Assembly: GCA_003144275.1 (NCBI GenBank)
Contig: NJBF01000012.1
Coordinates: 30,001-62,000 of the forward strand
Direction: 5' to 3'
Source of the DNA: Candidatus Heimdallarchaeota archaeon B3_Heim
Lineage (GTDB): Archaea; Asgardarchaeota; Heimdallarchaeia; Hodarchaeales; Hodarchaeaceae
Length of the DNA stretch: 32,000 nt
The notes beneath the pieces are model-generated. The model did no database searches. It was not told the DNA's origin and saw only the letters and a list, made by a program, of their open reading frames with translations. The position numbers were made by a program, and so were the translations under genes. Positions 18,670 to 25,576 of the stretch are shown here, piece after piece; positions within the stretch are counted from its first letter, which is position 1; every line of letters starts with the position of its first letter.

Positions 18670-19524
18670 GTGTTAGTTCACCTCTTAAAACAAGCGGAAT
18701 TTCAAATGGATTCTTGGCCACCACTAATCGAACAATTTTATCAGGAAATCTGTGACTCTTGTAATAAACAGATTGACCCCCACCGTTTCATCTTCGAAAG
18801 TAGAGCACTACTCCGATTAGACCTTGATAATTTAGCATTGGAAACTATACCATCATCGACTGGCGACATAGCTAGCTTACAAACTTTGAACCTAAGAAAT
18901 AACAGGTTAAAGGATCTTCCAAAGCAATTAGAGAATCTCAAAGCGTTAGAGGAGGTTTCTCTTTCGGCCAATTCATTTACGAAAGTACCTGAATGCTTAG
19001 TGAAAGTTTCATCATTAAAAATTCTTCATTTGGTTAAGAATCAACTTACACATCTTCCTGAAGACATGAGTAATTGGACTCTCCTACGTGAACTAGGTAT
19101 TGCTAAAAATGAATTAAAGAAACTACCTGAATCTATTGGTACATTGAAGAATTTACGTGAAATTTCATTATCGAAAAATCCACTTTCAACTTTTCCAGAG
19201 AACTTTAGTAAGTTATTAAATCTGAAATTCCTGTTTGCTTATTCATGCTCAATCCATTCCCTTCCAGAGAGTTTTGGTGATCTCAAATCACTCGAAAAAG
19301 TCGATTTGAGTAATAATCAACTAAGAAAACTCCCTACATCAAGTGAAGGGTTAACCAAGATGGAAAATCTTGATTTACAACAGAATCAGCTTACGACTAT
19401 TCCTTATACACTTTTATCCCTCCCTTCCCTAAAATATTTGAATTTGTCCAAGAATCCACTAACCGCTGAAACTCGAGCCCAATTATCATCACATACCGAG
19501 AAGAGTGTCAGAATGATCTATTAA
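18670..19524 (+). CDS. leucine-rich repeat protein (about ten 23-aa LRRs)
   Basis: Repeating LxxLxLxxNxLxxLP units (e.g. LQTLNLRNNRLKDLP, LEKVDLSNNQLRKLP). Start codon uncertain. Confidence 0.92.
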   Translation: MLVHLLKQAEFQMDSWPPLIEQFYQEICDSCNKQIDPHRFIFESRALLRLDLDNLALETIPSSTGDIASLQTLNLRNNRLKDLPKQLENLKALEEVSLSANSFTKVPECLVKVSSLKILHLVKNQLTHLPEDMSNWTLLRELGIAKNELKKLPESIGTLKNLREISLSKNPLSTFPENFSKLLNLKFLFAYSCSIHSLPESFGDLKSLEKVDLSNNQLRKLPTSSEGLTKMENLDLQQNQLTTIPYTLLSLPSLKYLNLSKNPLTAETRAQLSSHTEKSVRMIY

Positions 19525-19547
19525 CACTGGATATCAAGTGTTATATT

Positions 19548-20396
19548 ATGTTTATCCCGATTCTTGTGGCGTTAACTGGGACTATCATTCTAAATATTGG
19601 ATTTGTACTCCAAAAAAGTGAAGCAGAAAAACTTCCACCCTTTATAACCAAAGATATTAGTAATTCCCTTAGAAAGATTCTGAAATGTAGAATCTGGCTA
19701 TTTGGAACATTGTTAACAACATCAGGATGGCTTTTTTTCTTGATTGCGATCTCCTTGGCACCTTTGACAGTGATCGCTCCTCTTAGTAACGCAGGAGTCA
19801 TTATTCTTGCTGTCATTTCAATTTTCTATTTAAAGGAATCATTACACATTTACGAATGGATAGGATTCTGTGCAATCCTTGTAGGAGTTATTTTCATACC
19901 CATTTATTCTATTCCTGTTACTAGTGACGGAGTTGAGTTCGATACGTTTTTACTTGTGATAATAACTATCATTGCTCTTATTGGTCTCATAATATTAAAA
20001 ATCAGTCAGAAATTACTCTTTCCCCTAAAAAATGGAAGTATTTTAGGTATTGCTTCTGGAGTGACTGCTGGACTTGGTTCTGCATTCACAAAAATGCTTG
20101 GATTATTAGCTGAGGAACTGATTCCGCTCTTAATAGCTTTATTATTTGTTGGAATATTTCAAATCCTTTCTTTCTTAACTTTACAGACAGCCTTTCAACA
20201 AGAACGTGCAACGATTGTCGTCCCACTGTTTAATAGTTTTGCTACGCTTCTACCTCTAATCTATGGAGTATTCGTTTTCTCAGAAACTATTCCTATTGGC
20301 CAACTAATGGGGATTATATTGATGGTACTTGGTGCTTCGGCATTATTTCAATTCAGCGGAAAGGATTTTAGCTCAAAAATACAGGATGACTACTGA
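19548..20396 (+). CDS. DMT superfamily transporter (NIPA/EamA-like)
   Basis: LNIGFVLQK, LAPLTVIAPL, FYLKESL and VFVFSETI; about 9-10 TM. Stop overlaps the next start (TGATG). Confidence 0.8.
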   Translation: MFIPILVALTGTIILNIGFVLQKSEAEKLPPFITKDISNSLRKILKCRIWLFGTLLTTSGWLFFLIAISLAPLTVIAPLSNAGVIILAVISIFYLKESLHIYEWIGFCAILVGVIFIPIYSIPVTSDGVEFDTFLLVIITIIALIGLIILKISQKLLFPLKNGSILGIASGVTAGLGSAFTKMLGLLAEELIPLLIALLFVGIFQILSFLTLQTAFQQERATIVVPLFNSFATLLPLIYGVFVFSETIPIGQLMGIILMVLGASALFQFSGKDFSSKIQDDY

Positions 20397-21247
20397 TGCC
20401 CGAAGGACCTGAAGTTGAATCAGTTCGTCTAGAGTTACTACAATTAACTTCGCAAAAAGTGAAGAAAATAACACTAACGCCCCTTTCACAGAAATATCCG
20501 AAATATCTAGGAAAAGAAGACGAGTTCTCACAGTTCAGAGGTCAAGAATTGAGGAACATTCACCGTTTTAACAAATTCCTCATTTGGGAGTTTGAGAAAA
20601 AACCTGTTATCCTAAATCATCTTGGTATGTCTGGACGCTGGACGATTGTTGATACTAAAGAGGAAATATCTACAAAAACCACTCATCCAAAGGTCATTGT
20701 AGAAATGAGCAAGCCTCCTTATGCCATTTTCGACGATACTCGCAATTTTGGTCAATTTAGGATTTTTTCCTCGATGGAGGCAGTAAAACTATATCCTCCA
20801 ATCAAGAAATTAGGAATAGATGGATTAACCAAGGTGTTTCCACTTCAGGATTTTGTAGAACGAATTGCTGAACAACGTTTTCAAAATAGACAGATTGGAG
20901 ATCTTTTGATGGATCCACGCCTAGTAGCAGGCATTGGAAATATCTACAAAGCTGAGATCTTGTTTGAGGCGAAAATTCATCCTGAGCGAATTATATCAAC
21001 TTTAACACAAGAAGAAACAGTATTTCTGGGAAAATCTATTTCAAAAATTCTTTTAAAGGCATTTTATGATAAAGGAAGTTCTTTTGATGCTCGGTATAAA
21101 CTCCCTTCTGGAGAAGGAGGACAAGCACAACGCTGGCATATGGTGTATCAACGAATTGACCAGCCATGTGGGGAATGTGGATCATTGATAAAAAAATTAA
21201 TACAAAAAAACAGAAGTACGTATTTCTGCCCCAAGTGTCAACACTAA
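20396..21247 (+). CDS. mutM: Fpg/Nei family DNA glycosylase/AP lyase (MutM-like)
   Basis: N-terminal catalytic PEGPEV, HLGMSG, DTRNFG, H2TH motif VAGIGNIYKAEILF and C-terminal zinc finger CGEC...RSTYFCPKCQ. Confidence 0.88.
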   Translation: MPEGPEVESVRLELLQLTSQKVKKITLTPLSQKYPKYLGKEDEFSQFRGQELRNIHRFNKFLIWEFEKKPVILNHLGMSGRWTIVDTKEEISTKTTHPKVIVEMSKPPYAIFDDTRNFGQFRIFSSMEAVKLYPPIKKLGIDGLTKVFPLQDFVERIAEQRFQNRQIGDLLMDPRLVAGIGNIYKAEILFEAKIHPERIISTLTQEETVFLGKSISKILLKAFYDKGSSFDARYKLPSGEGGQAQRWHMVYQRIDQPCGECGSLIKKLIQKNRSTYFCPKCQH

Positions 21248-21326
21248 GGCAAAGAAAAGTAGAGGGAGAAAAAGAAGGGAGAGAGATGAAGACTTCATCT
21301 AAAATAATAAATGTGTATGTGAATAC

Positions 21327-23006
21327 TCAATTTGGTTTAAAATCTCGACGTAAGGGAGTAAACATAGGTACATATAATAGAGGAACCCAATCTTTGGGAT
21401 TAGGCCGCCAGCGACCGATAACGGCTTTCACTTCTTCTCCTTCAGTGAAGTTACAAATCTTAGGATTGTAATTAAAACCTCTTACCATCTTTTGATCGAA
21501 CATTGCCCAGTAGGGTTTGCCAGGATGACCCGCAGTCTTTTTCGTTGAGGGACTGAAAAAGTTTACACTCTTGATCCGAGCTCTTTTAGGGATTTGCACT
21601 GTTTCTAATTGCTCTCCGCAAATTCTCTTCGCATCGGAAGCATCCTTCTGTATTCCTCTAAGACATTTACCTTTCAATGCTTCAAATTTCATTGGAGGGG
21701 CAAAATCAGGAAAATTGTCTTTGCTCCAACTATCCCCGAAATAGACGGCTCCACATTTGGGGCAACCCTCAACTTCATAAAATTCTTCTGAGATAGGTTC
21801 ATAATCAATTAACGCAATATGTTTGGCTGCATTATCTGGATTATCTCGGAATCGGATATAATCATCAACGGATATTTTTTGCTTGTACTCAATCTGTTCC
21901 TGAACAGTAGGAACACCATTATTTGCAGCTTTAGATCCATTTTGTTTGACATTTATACTAATGACATCTGAACCAGCACCTGAACCATAAAGAACAGTCA
22001 TAATTTCATCGCCATCCTGAGCTCTTTCAATCGCATCACACAATGCGGTAGGAGCAGTTGCAGAATATCCATTGGCGATTTGGGGCGCCAAGTTCGAAAC
22101 CTTTACCTGAGGTTTGATACCAAGCATTTTACCATCAGTATCAAATTCTTTCTCAGCAAGTTTGACCTTATAGAAATTTGAAATATCAAGCAAGGCTTCA
22201 TTCGGGAAAGAACCATTCGGACTATGGATAACCCAAGTTTTATTAGGGAGACACTTGGGATCTATCGAATACCGTTCCACATGTTTCTTCACAGCAGATA
22301 AAATCATCCCACGAAAGGCTAAACTAGTACCCTGACCTTCATGTTCAGGAAAACTTTGTCCTTCTTTTCTAACGAAGTCTGAAAAATCATAATTAATGGA
22401 AGTACGGCCTTTAAGTTCAGCAATACCATTATCCTTCGCTAGGATAATCGTTGTAGAATAGAAAGAGGCAGAGAATTCAAGATCATCACCAGGTGCTCCT
22501 TGAGAAGCATCAGTGGCAGTAATTGCTACATATCGACAGCGATCCGCGTCTATCAGTGCAGCACCAATCTCTAAGAATTCTCCAAATGGTTTACAGGCGA
22601 ATTCTCCGCGTACTCCAAATCGTAAATTCGTCAATCCCGCTTTTCCAGCAATTGCTGTACTAGATTTTACAGCGTAGGGATAGGATTCGGATACTACGAA
22701 TAACGCATCAATTTGAGTGGGATCAATGCCCGCTCTTTTAACAGCATAGTTTAAGCTTTGAATGCCAGCGGTTAAAGCATCTTCATTTGGTCCAGGCACA
22801 ATTTTCTCTATTAATAAGAGACGTTGATTATATACCCACCGAACGGATCTTAATGCTTTACCTCTGAAACGGTTAACTGTGTTTTTCATCATTCTAAATG
22901 CAGTTTTATAATGCAATTGTGACATAGAATGATAATGATCAACTAACTCCTCTATTTCCAGCCGGTTGACAGGAATGAATGAAGCGATTGATTTAATCTC
23001 AGCCAT
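21327..23006 (-). CDS. archaeal HMG-CoA synthase-like domain fused to a C-terminal DUF35 (Zn-ribbon + OB-fold) domain
   Basis: SESYPYAVKS, EFACK (catalytic Cys), QGAPGDDLEF, HSPNG and YGSGAGSD match archaeal HMGS. The last about 160 aa carry GCPKCGAVYF...KC...ICG...RARIKSVNFF...PY...VKAV, as in DUF35/ChsH2 proteins. Confidence 0.82.
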   Translation of the reverse strand: MAEIKSIASFIPVNRLEIEELVDHYHSMSQLHYKTAFRMMKNTVNRFRGKALRSVRWVYNQRLLLIEKIVPGPNEDALTAGIQSLNYAVKRAGIDPTQIDALFVVSESYPYAVKSSTAIAGKAGLTNLRFGVRGEFACKPFGEFLEIGAALIDADRCRYVAITATDASQGAPGDDLEFSASFYSTTIILAKDNGIAELKGRTSINYDFSDFVRKEGQSFPEHEGQGTSLAFRGMILSAVKKHVERYSIDPKCLPNKTWVIHSPNGSFPNEALLDISNFYKVKLAEKEFDTDGKMLGIKPQVKVSNLAPQIANGYSATAPTALCDAIERAQDGDEIMTVLYGSGAGSDVISINVKQNGSKAANNGVPTVQEQIEYKQKISVDDYIRFRDNPDNAAKHIALIDYEPISEEFYEVEGCPKCGAVYFGDSWSKDNFPDFAPPMKFEALKGKCLRGIQKDASDAKRICGEQLETVQIPKRARIKSVNFFSPSTKKTAGHPGKPYWAMFDQKMVRGFNYNPKICNFTEGEEVKAVIGRWRPNPKDWVPLLYVPMFTPLRRDFKPN

Positions 23007-23027
23007 AAGTTACAAATCCAAATTCAT

Positions 23028-23160
23028 TTACTTTATATAAAAAATTCTTTTGATAGGTCTTATAGATACTTCTATTTTAATCCTATTGGCAGGAATAAAC
23101 GAGGCGGTCGATTTTATCACAGCCATTAGTTTAACAGTCCAGAGTTATTACCTATTATAA
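23028..23160 (-). repeat. diverged tandem copy (120-bp offset) of the promoter and first 19 codons of the HMGS-DUF35 gene, forming a 32-aa mini-ORF at 23028-23126
   Basis: MAVIKSTASFIPANRIKIE vs MAEIKSIASFIPVNRLEIE; 43/57 nt identical by hand count. A TATA-like box lies at the same offset before both ATGs (23153-23160 and 23033-23040). Confidence 0.85.
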
Positions 23161-23218
23161 AGGGCTGCGAGTATACCTATGCCAGAAACAGTTCTAGTCA
23201 CAGTCCTTCAGAATGAAA

Positions 23219-23270
23219 AAACCTTTCATTTTCATAATAAACCTTTCTTTTATTTTCATAATAAAGGTTT
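23219..23270. repeat. imperfect direct repeat (ATTTTCATAATAAA x2, AAACCTTTC x2) with nested inverted repeat AAACCTTT...AAAGGTTT
   Basis: The 14-mer occurs at 23228-23241 and 23252-23265; inverted arms at 23239-23246 and 23263-23270. Confidence 0.65.
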
Positions 23271-23415
23271 CTGGAGATTCCTTACCGACAAAACATCGAA
23301 ATGGGTGTGTGCACTGGGTTAGCAAGTAACCTCGTGATTCACTACTCCAAAATAATTTCCAAATAATATGAAATGGTATTCATCTAATGTCTTGATTAAA
23401 GCATAAATGACTCGT

Positions 23416-24498
23416 TTATATCACTTGAACGATCCAATTATATGGATCTGGAATGTTACCATATTGAATATCGAGGAGTCTTTTTGACACTTTCTTCGTC
23501 AAAGATCCGACCTTAAACTCATTAATGATATGATTCTCCCCTTGATAAAATAGGCTGCCTGTGGGAACAATAGATGCGGCTGTTCCCGTTCCAAAACTTT
23601 CTACAAGAGCTCCTTCTTTGATTCCTCTTACAATTTTGTCAATAGCAAGTGATTCTTCTTTAACAGTATATCCAAAGTCTTGAATAAGCTGGATTGCGCT
23701 TTCACGCGTGATTCCATGCACAATGGTATCACCCTCTATTGGAGTTGTGTAAACAATATCATTATAAACAAAAAAGATGTTCATTGCTCCTACCTCCTCC
23801 ACATAACGTCGATGGATCGCATCAAGCCATAAGACCTGATCAAACCCCGCTTTTTTAGCTTCCTGTCCTACAAGAAGACTTCCTGCATAATTTCCTCCTG
23901 TTTTTGCATTCCCCATTCCTCCTGGTGCAGATCTAATATATTGCTCACTGACATAAAGTTTCAAAATTTCAGGGAAATATGATCTAGAGGGTGAAAGGAT
24001 AATAAAGAATAAATATTCGTTAGATGCGCGTAACCCCAAGCATGGTTCGGTTCCTATCATTGCGGGCCGAATGTAAATTGTTGATCCCTTGGATTTAGGA
24101 ACCCAATCTTTTTCAATAATTAAAAGCTCCTTTAATCCAGTTAAATATATCTCTGGGTCAATTTCTGGCATCATCATACGTTGTGCAGATAGATTGAATC
24201 GTGCAGCATTTTTTTCTGGTCTAAACAGGTTAATATGCCCTTCTTGAGTCCAAAAGGCTTTTTGACCCTCAAAAATGGTTTGACCATAATGGAAGCACAC
24301 TGCTGTAGGATCTAGAATTATTGGGGCATATTTCTTGATTGTTAGGTCTTTCCATGTTCCATCTCTATAACTAGCTGTGAACATTCTATCAGTTTTAATC
24401 TGTCCAAAGCCTATGTCTTCTTCGGATTCATATTTCGGCTTTAATTCAGCTTCAGGTATTTCCTCAATGTGTATTTGCAGTGCTTTCATGTCTTTCAA
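23416..24498 (-). CDS. ilvE: branched-chain amino acid aminotransferase (class IV PLP)
   Basis: FHYGQTIFEGQKA, IYIRP, PLP-lysine motif AKTGGNYAGSL, EEVGAMNIFF, GITRES and FGTGTAA. Confidence 0.93.
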   Translation of the reverse strand: MKDMKALQIHIEEIPEAELKPKYESEEDIGFGQIKTDRMFTASYRDGTWKDLTIKKYAPIILDPTAVCFHYGQTIFEGQKAFWTQEGHINLFRPEKNAARFNLSAQRMMMPEIDPEIYLTGLKELLIIEKDWVPKSKGSTIYIRPAMIGTEPCLGLRASNEYLFFIILSPSRSYFPEILKLYVSEQYIRSAPGGMGNAKTGGNYAGSLLVGQEAKKAGFDQVLWLDAIHRRYVEEVGAMNIFFVYNDIVYTTPIEGDTIVHGITRESAIQLIQDFGYTVKEESLAIDKIVRGIKEGALVESFGTGTAASIVPTGSLFYQGENHIINEFKVGSLTKKVSKRLLDIQYGNIPDPYNWIVQVI

Positions 24499-25274
24499 AG
24501 TGTTGTTTTTCTCAAGCCTAATTAATTTTACTCAGAATCCACAACAAATTTTTACCAACAAAGGATTTACTCAATTTGTGAATAAATAAATTTCTTTCAG
24601 ATTCAGAAATCTCTCTCTGTCTCACGGTTATAAGAAATTACATTCCAATAAACACAGATAATATTAGAATATTTGAGCTGGAACAAAATACAGTAATAAA
24701 GACCCCTCATAGTCAAACTAGTAACTATTATCGATTTTAAGGAGAGATATGAGATATTTCTTAAGGAACAATCTCCGATATCCTCAATCATAATAGTTAA
24801 GGAAAATGGATTATTTTGTCGGATTTACTTAAAATCTCATTTGTCTCAGTCTTCAACGTCATTTTGTCAATAAAATAAAATAAAATCTAGAAATTCAGTA
24901 TAAGATTAAACCTTGGTCATAAAAACAATTCAAAAACGTTAGTTCACAACTATTTCAACTACAAACGAATTTCCAGATCCTAATACTTCTCTTAGGATAT
25001 TTCTCTTAGAGAAAGAGTGACCCCCCGATAGTAGATATTTTTTTTTGGAAAATAAAACCTGAAAAGGACTTAACTTTAGAATGGTCTTTGGAAATCTTAA
25101 ATAATTTTAATGAATTTAACCTAGTGCTTTATATTAATATTGACACTAAATCCTGTACTAAACTCTCATCTTGGTACAGCTGGTTGAATCTGTACGCTAA
25201 CTGAAATAAATCCCACATTCAGCTAAACGATTAATTATGCTATGATCCTTGTACTAGATATTATGTAATATTAT

Positions 25275-25427
25275 TCAATCAATTCCGCTACCAAGTGGAC
25301 CATTCATACCCGCGCCAACAGTGGAAGCAACCATGAACAATAATATCATGAATATCAAAGGAAGCATTTTTAGTAGTACTAGTTCAGCATTGAATTTCGA
25401 TTCTCTTATTCTTTCTTTCTTTTGCAT
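25275..25427 (-). CDS. small 50-aa signal-peptide-like protein, candidate secreted peptide precursor (MQKKERIRESKFNAELVLLKMLPLIFMILLFMVASTVGAGMNGPLGSGID)
   Basis: Manual translation, below the ORF-track cut-off. Archaeal SD GGTGA 6 nt before ATG; basic N-region, long hydrophobic core, V-G-A putative cleavage site and polar Gly-rich tail. Confidence 0.7.
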   Translation of the reverse strand: MQKKERIRESKFNAELVLLKMLPLIFMILLFMVASTVGAGMNGPLGSGID

Positions 25428-25530
25428 TTATTTTCACCATTTTCTTTAAAGTCGTCATTTTCAGTTTTTGGACTAGAGAAAATCTCCGCATCTTTTTACT
25501 GAAATTACTGATAACTTTACTAGATATCCT

Positions 25531-25537
25531 TATAAAC
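25531..25537. promoter_or_regulatory. TATA-like TTATAAA in the divergent peptide/regulator intergenic region
   Basis: The palindromic core TTATAA lies about 40 nt upstream of ATG 25577 and could act in either direction. Position-based inference only. Confidence 0.35.
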
Positions 25538-25576
25538 TATACGATGATCCTCATATATCACTTAGGACGAAATAGG

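Noticed and set aside
23219-23270. CRISPR array or mini-array
   Set aside because: Only two short, nearly adjacent imperfect units with no spacer-length unique sequence, and no cas genes. The same applies to the 25150-25254 motifs.
23180-23323. 47-aa plus-strand ORF MPETVLVTVLQNEKTFHFHNKPFFYFHNKGFW...
   Set aside because: No SD, antisense to both neighbours, and its FHNK repeat simply reflects the underlying DNA repeat.
23041-23415. RNase P RNA, SRP RNA, tRNA or group II intron in the 400-bp intergenic region
   Set aside because: No GAGGAAAGUCC/P4 motif, SRP helix-8 motif, cloverleaf or domain V on either strand. Part of the region is explained by the HMGS 5' duplicate.
24603-24791. 62-aa minus-strand ORF in the long intergenic region
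   Set aside because: No SD, no motif and atypical composition; not supportable as a gene.
25384-25440. Alternative minus-strand ORF MVKINAKERKNKRIEIQC* starting at ATG 25440
   Set aside because: Only 18 aa. Its first codons supply the GGTGA SD of the better-supported 50-aa ORF in another frame.
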